A DNA stretch of 63,803 nucleotides, counting the filler, from Octopus bimaculoides (Eukaryota), in NCBI RefSeq assembly GCF_001194135.2. It is 6 parts of 5 records of this genome, joined end to end, with 100 filler letters (N's around TTAATTAATTAA, not from the genome) between each part and the next. Parts side by side here need not be neighbours in the genome. Positions count along the whole stretch, not along the records: positions 1 to 8,791 come from NC_068999.1; positions 8,892 to 19,195 come from NC_068985.1; 4 more parts are not named here. One strand, written 5' to 3'. Of this stretch, positions 1 through 12,901 are shown one piece after another. The first letter of the stretch is position 1, and each line of letters opens with the position of its first letter. The translations under genes and the position numbers were made by a program. The notes below the pieces were generated by a model. It saw nothing but the letters and a program-made list of their open reading frames with translations. It was not told where the DNA came from and did not search any database.

Positions 1-63
1 ATATATATATATTTATATATATATACATATTTATATATATAGACACATATCTATATACATATA

Positions 64-147
<84 letters not shown>

Positions 148-150
148 TGT
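1..150. repeat. (TA)n/(GA)n microsatellite
   Basis: Direct dinucleotide runs. Confidence 0.95.
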
Positions 151-2599
151 ATACATGCACATAAAGGCAAAGAGATATAACATCATTCAGAAATGTATTT
201 ACATGTAACATTTTTGAGTCGATAAACCATCTTGCATATTCCACTCAGAAGAATATATAAGTTTAGTTACTTAGCTTACTGAATAATCTTATTTTCCACT
301 GAGCACTTTCTTCACAAGTCATTAAAGGGGAAAATAGGATTTCCACGACCAAAAATTTACATAGAACTATATTCTGATCACTTTTTACTTATTCACATAT
401 TTATCGATGGGAATCGAAATTACTATATTTTTAGAACTTCAACAGAAACTTAAACAATTTTCTATTTCTGCTAATGTAGTTTGAAAATTTATTCTTGGCT
501 AATTTCAGATATGCTCCTCCATTATAGAACAACTTTACTTTGCAATTACTGTTAGGAAGATTTTTGGAGTGTTAGCATTTCTATAATGAAGAACATAAAT
601 TTGGGAGCTGTAGCTAAAATAAATACTCTTTCAACTCACCCTTTGCCGAAAATAATTTCCAAGTCCACTGATTACTTTTAGCTTCATTTGAAGTGTTAGA
701 ATTTCTAAAGACAAAAAACGTTTAAACCTAAGTAGATATTTGGCAATGAGCCAGTTTTTATCTTGTGTATCGGCAAATATGAGAGAAATATTGCATCGAT
801 TTTCAATCTTTTACAAGTATGTGGAATGAACGACGTTGTAAGCTTATAGTTCGTGGTCATGGTGCAGCAATTGCCATCGCTACTTCCGTTACTGGGAATT
901 TATTAGAAATCTTTAAGTGTCTTGCTCTATTTCATATTTAGTACAGATATAATTTTGTTGCTAGGACGTTCAGTTCGCAACTACCTTGTTTTTAATTCAA
1001 TTACTTCGTGTAGCACCTTTGAAAACGTCTTCTTTCTTAGCCTCGATCAGACAAAAAAAACTTGTAAGGCAAAAACTTTGTATATGTAGAATGCTATGCG
1101 AAAGCTCATCAGAGAGATTATAATTATTATTAAGGGCTCGATTTAAAATTACTATATAGCACTTAGGTATTATTTCCAATTTAAATTTATCTTACTACCT
1201 TCTTCCAAATACCCACAAGGACTCTGGAAAAGAAATAAATCTTCCTTTTCTCAGATGTCATGTAAAACAAAAATATAACAGAATGTGCTTCGATTTCTAA
1301 TACTTCCCGTGTGCGGTAAGTGTGCTTTCCGCAAATAAGAACTTCTAGAAATTCTAACACATGAAAGTGAAAGAGTTATTGTATTCGTGTGTATCCTCAA
1401 TCCCATACTAATTGTAATGATGTAGTGTGATAAACATAGTAATAATCTAGGAAGTAGTGGAGATAGATACTACGTGGTTCTTGCTAACATTAGTTCTTTC
1501 ACTAGATGTGGTAGAAGAAAATGAAACTATGTAACGCATTTAGTGTAGTACTCATCAATAGCAATATTCTCCGCGCATTTTAAATTTCATTGATATTTTA
1601 TTTTTAAAAAATGGATCTTGATAAAAACACGTCTCTCCAATTTCATAAAGCAGGCCTGTAACGGAAACGTATTCTACCGTGACCGTTTTTGATTTCCAGT
1701 CACTGTTCAGAAGCATTTAATGCTATGACTGTTTTTTTTTTTAAATGAAGGTAATGGTGATTATTTTATGATTATTTATAGTACGTCGATGACCACACAC
1801 ATGTTTCTTCGAAGTGTCTAGTTGTTCTCGTCGTTTTTATTGCCCAGTCACAAGTATTTAAATGACATCTAATCACTATGCGGTTGAAAACGACTTCAAT
1901 TATGCAAAATAAGAAAATAAAATTGTCATGAAAGTCTTTAATATAAATGTCTGCAGAATTACTTGGGCCTGGCTGTAACTTAAGACATCCTTTAAAAATT
2001 TTTACAGATTGGACATAAAAATTAATGACTGTATTGCTTCATCTTTCTCTTCCCTGACAATCTATAGAATTAGTTAAAGGTTATTTTGTATTATTTTTTA
2101 AAAATTATTTTATTGTACTTTCAATTTCTTATAATTATGAATTCAAAAATTTGTTTTATTTGAGAAACATTTTAATTTATCCTGCTTTCAATTTCTCACT
2201 TTTCCTCTGGAATCTCTCGCAAAGAACTAATTAAGAATGATGAAATTTTGAATATATCAAATAAAATGAGGTCGATTTTCAATTTTCCATTAGCGGTTAC
2301 AATAAATAGATTTTTCCAACCATTTTAGAAATCGATATCTACTTCTGGTGTTCATAATATTCATTCATTCGCACCGACTCCAATTATTTCTCCAACAGTC
2401 AAATCATACAAAAGAGGCCACATGAATTTACGATGAGACGTCTTTTATAATAAACTACAATTCTATATAAAATGTCTTTTTATTATGCACAAGGAAGATA
2501 TGTTCACGCACTTTTATCCATATTAATAAGAAAATACATAAACAAAAACAAACAAGATTTCAATTGAAGTTAGTTGTAAGAGCAGACATCATATCTACA

Positions 2600-2609
2600 T
2601 ATGTGTGTG

Positions 2610-2665
<56 letters not shown>

Positions 2666-2779
2666 GCCTCTGTGTGTGTGCTTGGTCAGTATGCCATAAC
2701 AAAGAGCTCACTCCTTATAGAAAGCTCATTATGCATCTGATGAACTTTTTCAGAAACTAACTATATTTGACGCACCCTG

Positions 2780-2822
<43 letters not shown>

Positions 2823-2877
2823 GTATCTATCTCCCTCTCTCTCTCTTAATCTATTTGTTTGTCTGACTCTCTATGTG

Positions 2878-2905
<28 letters not shown>
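2600..2905. repeat. (TG)n, (CT)n and (TA)n microsatellite cluster
   Basis: Direct dinucleotide runs. Confidence 0.9.
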
Positions 2906-2915
<10 letters not shown>

Positions 2916-4119
2916 GAGCGAGAGACATATAATTATATATATAATTTCATTTTGCATGTAACATTACTGCGTATAGAACTTACTGTAAATTCCGCATCGA
3001 AAAAAAGAAATGAGCAAAAAGAAAAAAAGCAAGAGATAATTATGACAGCAGAAAACAAACGTTCACGCTGTGAATGGTTGTGAATGTAATAAAAATGAAA
3101 GTTCGCTTTCGGCCGAAAGAAATGTATTTAAGATGTGAATCTGAAGAATAATATTTACTTTTTTTCATCATTAATTTTATTAATAATCGATTTGAATATT
3201 GTAAATGTGTGTAATTTCGTTAATAAATGTAGTCGCTGTTCCTTTTGCGGTTTCGTTAATTAGATAATTATCTATATTCGTGTTATAAGAGGAGATATTG
3301 CAGAAATAAGTTTTGTTGTTGTGCTACACTTTTCTTTCACGCAACTAGAGATAAACTTAGAAACATTATATTGACATATAACACAGTAACCATTATTTCC
3401 CTGGCTGTTAATAGTCCAACGAATGCGCTTAATTACGAAGCGAGAAATTGACTGTGGGCTTATTAAAATCAAAGTCAACTTCTCTCTTAATATAGCTAAA
3501 CGATGAAAAAACTATAGAAAATGAAACTACAACAATGGTCGTGTTAGAATGAATTATTGCAATATAATAATATGAAAGATTTCAGAATATAATTTATCAA
3601 ACATTTTGAGATTATGTTTAATGTTTAAGAAAACTATCAAAATATTGTATGAAACATTGAATGATTTAGGAAATTTTTTTGAAGACTATGTACATTACAA
3701 TAAATCAGAAAATCAGAAACAGGAAAATGTTATAAAACGAAAAAAATATGAATATTGATAAATGTAAGTGTTACATCACGGAGTGATTTAAATATGCATA
3801 TAACTTGTTTAAAATATCTACACTATTTCTTTCCACAGTTTCAATCGGAAAATAGGATGTATGAAAATGATAATTCCTCAGCTCAATAAAAGAAAGTTTA
3901 ACATTGTCATTAACGCTTCAAGTAATATGTGTCCTGATTGGAATGTCTTAATCTTCACGGCAATTGTTTCCGCTATTTAGTGTAAACTTTGGAAATTATC
4001 CGCAGTAATGTAATCATAGATATAAATATACTAAAGCACAAAACAAAATGTAAACTTACACACAGGAACACAGACACATCAACACATACCACCTTATGCA
4101 TATTATATAACGTATTTTG

Positions 4120-4121
4120 CA

Positions 4122-4154
<33 letters not shown>

Positions 4155-4420
4155 GTATGTGTTATTGCATAATTATATGTATATATACCTATATGTACAT
4201 GCTTGTATGTATTTATGTATGTATGTATATGTACGTATATACATATATGTATATATACACACATATACACACATATGTATACACAAACATATATACACAC
4301 ATATACGTATAGGAGTGTATATATATATATATGAATGTATGAATGTATAAATATATGAATGTATATATATATATGTGTGTGTGTGTGTGTGCGCGCGCTT
4401 TTGTGTGAGCGTGTGCGTCA
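4120..4420. repeat. (TG)n/(TA)n low-complexity tract
   Basis: Direct; explains the spurious CV/YI/HT ORFs. Confidence 0.9.
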
Positions 4421-6280
4421 GTGTTTTGTATATGTATACGGAATTGTTTTTAGTGTACAATTTCAATAAGACATTTAGCTTTCGAACATTTAGTGTTATA
4501 TAAAAGGATTGTTCAAGCAATGACATTTATTTTGTGAAAATAAGCTTTAGATTGATAAAATATTAAAAACACATGAAGATGGAAACGTCTCCTAACATTT
4601 AATCGGTCGAGATTTAACAGTTCACTCACCGCACGCTTTGGCTGCAAGTAGCGTGTCGTCAGTAAGGCAAGAAATGGTAGTGTCGTTACAGTGACGGACG
4701 AAAAATCGTGCAGTATTTAGTTCAATCTCTTCGGATTCAAATATGGCAGGCATCGGTTCTGCGTATCCAGCTTCGAATAATTTTAATCAACCGTTACTGC
4801 TGACTCTGAAGTATGATTTAGGAAACCTTAGCGACTAATAAGCCTGAAATAATCTCCAGGTTCATCGTACTAACTGATCTGTTCGTGACTATATACCCGT
4901 CGACCACTGTGTTCCTACGGTGACGAATAATATGACATTACTAATTCTGAAATACAAAAGTGGTATGAGCACATCAAGGATGTTGTTAAAATGTAGGTAG
5001 TCCCTTATCAAGAGTAGCCCTATTGGTTTCATGGTTTTCGTATCGTTACCACAGCTAGTCGTCGTTGGGAAGTATATTCTAACAAAACTCCAAGGTGAGA
5101 TTTGACATATTACATATCAATACTCTGCAGGCTGAATTGCTGTTAATGCCCTTTGGATAGATTACACTTGACCCTCAGATAATATATGTCAATTAGTTTG
5201 CTCATAAATGCATTGTAGTGCTATACATTTATTGTGAGACGTTCCGATCAGCTTCCCGTCTAAGGATAGTGTGTCTTTCTCACAAATCTCGAATATGCTG
5301 ATGGAGACATACCTCGGCCGTATGAATAATCTTACTGGTGTCAGACAATAACAAATGACTCAGAGTAGCCAGCAATGTGAGGAAGTCAGGTAAAATACTC
5401 ATTTGGAATCATGCTTTTTGTCTTAACTAGTGGCTTCATGCAAGTTAGCACACATCAATAGAAACTGAATACATGAAAGTGAAAATGTAAAATCTAAAAA
5501 CACAATTATGATCAATCAATGCAACATTCCGAAAGTATCAAATACAACGTCTCGAAAAAAACCCAGTGAAAAAGCAAATATTTAGAGAGCCTTTAAGTAG
5601 TCGCACAGTCTGCTAAAAATTATACTCCAACTCTCCCGCCTGTTACATTATATCACCTTACAAGCGCACGACTGTTTTTAGTTTATGTTGAACAAGATAG
5701 CCATAAAAGCAGACGATAGTCGTGTCTGGAAGGGGTTTTATTTTTTATCACATAGTTCTGCAGGGTAACTGCTAACCTGCAGTCGAACTACAGCAATAAA
5801 ATATTTATTTAAGCAATTGAACTATCTCTGTAGAAAGTGAAGAACTACATTCCTTGCATTACATATTTCCGTTTGGCGGCGCCATTGTTGTTTACCCCGC
5901 TGAGTTTGACTTTTTATTTTAATTATGCGAAGTCGATAATATAAATAAGATTTTGTAATCATATGGCTTCATTTGGAGTCAGAATGTTTACCAAGAAATG
6001 TGCGTAATTTCGTCAGAAAAAAGTCTGTTGTTCATTTTACTATGTTGTCTTTGACATTTTTACGAATTAGAGCGGCATGGCTAAGAGATTTGTCTACAAC
6101 GACGCGGTTTCACGTGTTACGACTTTGATTCAGTTGTATGGTACCTTAGAAAGTGAATTAATTCGAGTTGAGAATAAATATGTTGCGAATAAAGTAATGT
6201 AGAAAGAAGTTCCATCATAAATACACAACCACACACATATTAGATCGATATATACGTATTTGTGCAAGGAGTGAGAGAAG

Positions 6281-6285
<5 letters not shown>

Positions 6286-6340
<55 letters not shown>

Positions 6341-6572
6341 GGGGGTGTAGTTTCTGCTTTTAAGAACGTGGTAATTTTGTCAACGAAACTAAATATAGCT
6401 TTTATTACATACCTATGTATTTTTACGATATTTCCACACAATCGCTGTTCCAATTCTTCAGTTCATCACAACCATGTATACATACTTGCATAACAACACA
6501 CACACACACACACACATTTATGTATAAACACACATACGCACAGGCGTATACATATATGTATGTGTGAGTGTA

Positions 6573-6612
<40 letters not shown>

Positions 6613-6670
6613 GAGAGAGGGAGAGAGAGGTATACATATATACATATATACGTATGTATGTATATGTATA
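6286..6670. repeat. (GA)n, (CA)n and (TA)n microsatellites
   Basis: Direct dinucleotide runs. Confidence 0.9.
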
Positions 6671-8572
6671 TATGACAGGCTTCTTTCAATTCCAGTGGAT
6701 GATATCTGCCCGGTCAACCAGGGGCTGTACTGAAATATACTTGTCGCAGGCAGAGGGTCTGAAGCATCCATAATGCACATTTCTCAACCACACATCTATG
6801 CCTTAACGTCTGTGTTGGCATATGTATATATTTTTATAGATTATATATCAAGTCCGTGTTTCAAAAGGCTGCTGTTTGTCTTTACTTGACGTTACGATAA
6901 CCACAATCCATTAAATAACTTTTAAATTGAAATAAATAATTGTATGGCTATGTTTGAATTAAAATGTTGGAATACCTACGGAATGGTCACAGTTTAATGA
7001 TTGAAACCAGGACCAGCACTATGAAATAAAACGTAAATGTAACCAGCAGATTTTAAGATGTTTGTCGAGACACTGGCGGTCCAGAGAACCGTGTATCAAT
7101 GTTTCAACATATTCGTCGTAAAGGAAACGTTGTTCTCAGGTGACTAAACACAACAACGAATAATATATTCAAGTACGAATCTGGCGTAATGTATTAAGAA
7201 CAATTATGTGACATTGTGGATTGGCTTCTCGACTGCCTATTTTAGAGGCACGGGGGCAAATGTAGCTATTACTAAATTTGAAGGAAGAACCAGATAGTTT
7301 TAAGGTATTATATTCTAATATAAAACTAGGTTAGACGTGTTTATTGAATCCACCCATATGGAGAGAGAAAGACAGAATAATCGTCATTATAGTAGCTGAC
7401 ATTTTCATCATCGTCATTATCGTCACTATTTTCATCTTCACCATCATCACCCAACATCATATTCATTTTGTCCTAATCTCCATTCGTTATATCTCCTCGT
7501 CATCTTCATTTCGTTCGTTATTGTGTTTATGTAGCTTCTTTTCAATTCTTCTCTCTTTTGCTGATACATTATAACTTGCCTACGCCCGTATTCTACAAAC
7601 GCTAACGAAGTTATGTACGGGGTAACCAAATGGGAATCAATAGAGAGATATGTAGTTAAACAAGCTTTATATATATGACAATAGCTTGAGAAACGTAAAC
7701 GAGAACACCCGAGGAAAAGATACACTGGGCCACTTTGATAATAAGAATTGAGTTAGCATGTATGTATCTGTATCAATCTGCGAATCTGTGTGTTTGTGTC
7801 CAAGTCTATACAAGAATGTGCGATACTATTTGCGTGATTATGTGCATCTAGGTTACCTCAGTCTCCCTACCTAAATAAATTAGGATAGCCATATCTCACT
7901 CATTCATCATACATCCAATACGAATCAATGTCATTTAGTACCAGATTGTTTTCAGAATTATTACCACAATATCAATTCTTGTTTATCACAAAATGATTAC
8001 AATTAAGAGGTTAATGATTGTAGAAACTCATCAAAGTCATACACTCATTTTTTACGATCCACTAAAATCTTAAATGTTTGTCTCAACTGAGAATTAACTG
8101 TAGTGACAGTATAAATATTGTTTAATTAAAACATAAAAGGAATTTTGTTAGAAACCAATTTACTATCAATTAAATGAACAAAGTATGATGTTTATAATTA
8201 TTTCAAATGACGTAAATGAGGATACAATCAGCAACTTGTCAAACCGTCTCACAAATTCATTGCTAAATTAATGGCCATTGTTGATAGCACGTTCAATTCC
8301 CAGTTACGTAGAAACGAATTCATTTCCTGATGTCGAAAAGTAGTTTCTTAGCAAAATTTTATATTTGGAAAACATATACCTTTAAGGTTTGCCAATCATT
8401 TGAATCAAGTCCTCAATCTGTGGATGACATAATTCTACTCCCCCGACAAGGACGGAGATCCTGAATAATGTATTGGCGATCTCCTCCATTATACTAGCTT
8501 CTATCTATCCATTTATATGTCTGTCTGTCTGTCTGCCTGTATGTCAATCAATCTATCTATCTATCAACTTCC

Positions 8573-8630
<58 letters not shown>

Positions 8631-8791
8631 TTATAAGATTTAAATATCCATCTCCTATGTCCCTGCTTCAAGTCTTTCACTCTATACACGTCAGCTCAAT
8701 TTCATATTAGACGAAATATAACTATTATGTTCTTGTTGTTTACATTTGTAATTGTATAGCATGTTCTCCGTTATTTATTTATTTATTTATT

Positions 8792-8891
8792 NNNNNNNNN
8801 NNNNNNNNNNNNNNNNNNNNNNNNNNNNNNNNNNNTTAATTAATTAANNNNNNNNNNNNNNNNNNNNNNNNNNNNNNNNNNNNNNNNNNNN
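8792..8891. other. Artificial 100-bp assembly linker N44-TTAATTAATTAA-N44 (also with the 12-mer at 19240, 40442, 55667 and 62724)
   Basis: Identical 12-mer with stop codons in all six frames, embedded in N runs at five places. Confidence 0.95.
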
Positions 8892-9221
8892 GTCACGCTG
8901 AATATCCCCGAGAAATACGTTAAAGGGTACACGTGTCTGTGGAGTGTTCAGCCACTTGCACGCTAATTTCACGAGCAGGCTGTTCGTTGATCGAATCAAC
9001 TGGAACCCTCGACCCTTTGAATTACAGGCACAACAGAAACAGGAAGAAAGAGTGAGAGAAAGTTGTGGTGAAAGAATACAGCAGGGTTCGCCACCATCCC
9101 CTACCGGAGCCTCGTGGAGCTTTAGGTGTTTTCGCTCAATAAACACTCACAACGCCCGGTCTGGGAATCGAAACCGCGATCCTATGACCGCGAGTCCGCT
9201 GCCCTAACCACTGGGCCATTG
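8892..9221 (-). mobile_element. tRNA-derived SINE (family B) with internally inverted 3' half
   Basis: 9013-9221 is the reverse complement of the head and body of the full copy at 41033-41412; 8892-9012 matches that copy's tail in + orientation. Confidence 0.85.
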
Positions 9222-9321
9222 CTCACCCACGTTTAGATATATCGTAATTTGAATTACACATACGACGTTTATAATAAAGCTAAGTCTATAAGTTCAAAAA
9301 TTGAAGAAGAATTTGTGAGTG

Positions 9322-9392
9322 GGCACTTTAGCTTAATGGTAAAGCACTTGACTGGTAATCACAGAAATGTGGTTTCGAGTCCCATGGCTGGC
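9322..9392 (+). promoter_or_regulatory. tRNA-like Pol III internal promoter head (Thr-GGT-like, degenerate)
   Basis: A box TAGCTTAATGG 9329-9339; D-stem GCTT/AAGC; loop CTGGTAA; B box GTTTCGAGTCC 9372-9382; acceptor and anticodon stems poorly paired. Confidence 0.7.
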
Positions 9393-9512
9393 GTTGACAT
9401 ATTTTTCTGCAATATAAGGATAATATACTATTCGTGCATTATTCTGCGCTTCAGAATAAATTATATATATTTGTTTTAACGGTCATTTTCATAGCATTTT
9501 TTTCGATGGCCC

Positions 9513-9573
9513 GATAACTGAAGAGATGCCGGCGTGGGTTTCCGCCCCGACATCCGAAACTCGGAGTTTTATC
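9513..9573 (+). ncRNA. Type I hammerhead ribozyme candidate
   Basis: Stem I GATAA/TTATC; core CTGAAGA 9518-9524; stem II GATG..GGCG/CGCC..CATCC; GAAA 9556; stem III ACTC-G-GAGT; cleavage triplet GTT 9566-9568. Confidence 0.75.
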
Positions 9574-9725
9574 ATGGCTCTCGAATAATTGTCCCATATT
9601 ATATTTACAGATATATATATATATATATATATATATAATCGAAAAGGCATAGCAAGAAAAAAACAACAACGCGAGGACGTGGTACATACAGAGTATTAAA
9701 AGACACTCAGGGAGAGAAAGGTTGT

Positions 9726-9758
9726 TTTACATTTCAAGCAAAGCTCTTCTTCGGGAAC
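9726..9758 (-). ncRNA. Degenerate hammerhead-like motif
   Basis: Minus strand GTTC-CCGAAGA-A-GAGC-TTT-GCTT-GAAAT-GTA-AAAC; four substitutions from a canonical motif, two at CpG positions. Confidence 0.4.
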
Positions 9759-10308
9759 AGGAGACAGAGGAAAGTCCAAGAGAAAAGGAAGACGGAGGGA
9801 AAAAATTGCCAGTAATATATATTTCAGTTGAATAAAGTTAAAACATGTTCTAGTTTTCACGTTTTTTTATTATGGTATTTTAACATTAAAATATATATGC
9901 GTTAGAGTGCACCCTTATGTGGAAAGGATTTTTGCATGTATCGATTTCCATTAGAGTTGACTATAATACATATCTCATCACAAGAAATCGCTTGTTCGTA
10001 CCATTTGGGGAACATCATGCTCAAGATCACTCATTGTGGCGTAGTGTACAGCAGTCTGAAGTACGGCACTCAAAAATCGGAAATGCTCAGAGAAACTGAA
10101 AAGGAAAAGGCCACACAGAAATCAAGACTGTCACCGGATCCGGATCCTACAACTATGTGAGATTCCGGGCAAGTTCACTGGCATCAATTCATCACAGGAC
10201 ACTTCACTGCCATCAGTTTACCGTGAACTTTAGAGTTCGAAAATAAGGTGGAGGTTATTATTATTATTATTATTATCATTATTATTATTATTATTATTGT
10301 TCAGTAGT

Positions 10309-10557
10309 TTTATTTTTATAACGTGCTTTCACTTCACTACCGAGCGCAGCTCTGTGCGCCTTGGGTATGTGCTGTGGTTTGCTGTGGTGCTCTTATGGTT
10401 ACTGTATTGAAAGTGTTTTGCGTAGAATGTGTGCAGTACCCAGTAGTGCAATTTTCTGTATGTTATATATATTTGTAAGTCCTGGTGTTTTTGTTATGTA
10501 TTTGTCTGAATATTTTTTTATTATACCTAAGGCACCTACTATGATAGGAATTGTTTC
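10309..10557 (-). mobile_element. 3' end of R4/Dong-like RLE non-LTR retrotransposon next to (TTA)n
   Basis: Translation ETIPIIVGALGIIKK...IQKIALLGTAHILRKTLSIQ* matches the R4/Dong C-terminal pattern; abuts a TAA microsatellite. Confidence 0.7.
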
Positions 10558-10987
10558 NNNNNNNNNNNNNNNNNNNNNNNNNNNNNNNNNNNNNNNNNNN
10601 NNNNNNNNNNNNNNNNNNNNNNNNNNNNNNNNNNNNNNNNNNNNNNNNNNNNNNNNNNNNNNNNNNNNNNNNNNNNNNNNNNNNNNNNNNNNNNNNNNNN
10701 NNNNNNNNNNNNNNNNNNNNNNNNNNNNNNNNNNNNNNNNNNNNNNNNNNNNNNNNNNNNNNNNNNNNNNNNNNNNNNNNNNNNNNNNNNNNNNNNNNNN
10801 NNNNNNNNNNNNNNNNNNNNNNNNNNNNNNNNNNNNNNNNNNNNNNNNNNNNNNNNNNNNNNNNNNNNNNNNNNNNNNNNNNNNNNNNNNNNNNNNNNNN
10901 NNNNNNNNNNNNNNNNNNNNNNNNNNNNNNNNNNNNNNNNNGGTTATTATTATTATTATTATTATCATTATTATTATTATTATTATT

Positions 10988-11210
10988 GTTCAGTAGTTTT
11001 ATTTTTATAACGTGCTTTCACTTCACTACCGAGCGCAGCTCTGTGTGCCTTGGGTATGTGCTGTGGTTTGCTGTGATGCTCTTATGGTTACTGTATTGAA
11101 AGTGTTTTGCATAGGATGTGTGCAGTGCCCAGTAGTGCAATTTTCTGTATGTTATATGTATATATCTGTAAGTCCTGGTGTTTTTGTTATGTATTTGTAT
11201 GAATGTTTTT
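10988..11210 (-). mobile_element. Second copy of the same R4/Dong-like 3' end
   Basis: Near-identical to 10309-10530, with the same ATC-interrupted (TTA)n tail. Confidence 0.7.
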
Positions 11211-11360
11211 ATTATTATTGTTATATCTTTCTCCGTTTTCTTCCTCTGTTTAGACGAACTTTCCTACGTTATCGGACAAAACCTTTTGTAACCTTCGTCC
11301 TGTCTTTGTCCTTATATGTTTTTAATTGATATTAGCCCTTGTGGCCAATAAAACGAATTA

Positions 11361-11430
<70 letters not shown>

Positions 11431-11699
11431 TTATTATTCTCTTGCTGTGAACTTATCTCTCCGTAAACTTTCCTTGCGGTGAACTTTCCTCGCATTGAAC
11501 ATTCCTTACTGCGAACTTTCGTTGCGGTGAGTTGATGACAGTAAACTTACTGGACATGATTACATGACCCCACTGGATTTTATGCCAATGTTGGCCTTAT
11601 AAGCTACCTCATGGCTTACAAAGATTAAAGCTGCTAATCTGATCGTCATCAGAGACATGAAGAACGTGAGTTCATATTCACTATATCAATTTCAAATTT

Positions 11700-11875
11700 T
11701 GGAACAAGACCAGCAGGTTTGAGAGAGGAACTAGGTCGATTATATCGACCCAAATACGCAACTGTCACTTATTTTATCGACCCCGAAAGGATGCAAGGCA
11801 AAATTTGAACTCAGAACGTAAGAACGAACGAAATGCTGGTAAGTACTTTGCTCGACGTGCTAACGATTCTTCCCG
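11700..11875 (-). mobile_element. tRNA-derived SINE family D
   Basis: Reverse complement matches 41533-41735 (GAGTTCAAATT, CATCCTTTCGGGGTCGATAAA). Confidence 0.75.
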
Positions 11876-12189
11876 TTTCCTGTCTTGTTTCATATTTACT
11901 ATATTAACCGGCACGCCATAATGACCACTACATTTTCACATTAGTACCAAAATATTCACAGGACATAACATAAGAATACTCTTCTATCTTACCTTCTTTA
12001 GTACATAACAATTTACACAAACAAAACCATCGAATTTCCTACTGCTATTTTTCACCTTTTCTTACCGTACAGGACAGCAATCTATCCACGACCGACACAG
12101 CTAATTTCTTTGGAAACTTTGTTTTGTCGCATGCTAGATAAGAAGAGTTTGCTAACGTTCCACATAAACCCCTCCATTTGGGGTGCAGG

Positions 12190-12221
12190 TATGTATGTAT
12201 ATAAACATATAGCTAGCTAGC

Positions 12222-12287
<66 letters not shown>

Positions 12288-12601
12288 TTTAATTATATGT
12301 ATACAGGTATGTAGGTGTTTATATGAATAATATGCGCGTATGTGTGCAAGCGTGTGTGTGTGTGTGTGTGCAAACGCAAGTGTGTATCTGCATATGTGCA
12401 TAAGCATGGAAAACACAAACGTGAATTCATGGATTTACGATGTGATGCAATCTCCGTGTAAATGCGTGTATGTATGTGACAGCGGAGTCTGACAGTATGT
12501 AAAACATATCGCCAATATGCAAGTAGCAGAGCAAATCATTTACATGCTCACATAGACACACACACGCATACACAGATACTTGCACACTCATATTTACACA
12601 C

Positions 12602-12693
<92 letters not shown>

Positions 12694-12864
12694 TTATATA
12701 GTGTGTGTGTGCGTTTTCTGTTTTTGTTTTTATGTTTTCGCTTCTCATTGTGTTTAACGTTTATTTGATGTCCTGTACCCATATATGCATGTATGTATAC
12801 ATATAGATGTAGTTATGTACATATATATATGGATATATGCATATATTTATATATTATTTATGTC

Positions 12865-12901
<37 letters not shown>

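Noticed and set aside
845-2310. Possible Helitron/PIF1 helicase remnant (VRGHGAAIAIATS, CNG, FPLAVTIN)
   Set aside because: Motifs are short, need several indels, are spaced inconsistently, and no Walker A was found
2725-2765. CTGATGA..GAAAC as a hammerhead
   Set aside because: No stem II or stem I pairing
5270-5400. Possible RTE RT remnant (TNLEYAD)
   Set aside because: A single short motif without supporting neighbours
7490-8490. Minus-strand short frames (AKERRIEKKLHKHNNERNEDDEEI*; MEEIANTLFRISVLVGGVELCHPQIEDLIQMIGKP*)
   Set aside because: No recognisable family, and splice signals are inconsistent with the open frames
9322-9392. Functional tRNA-Thr gene (and tRNA-like head at 23082)
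   Set aside because: Acceptor and anticodon stems are poorly paired; better explained as tRNA-derived heads
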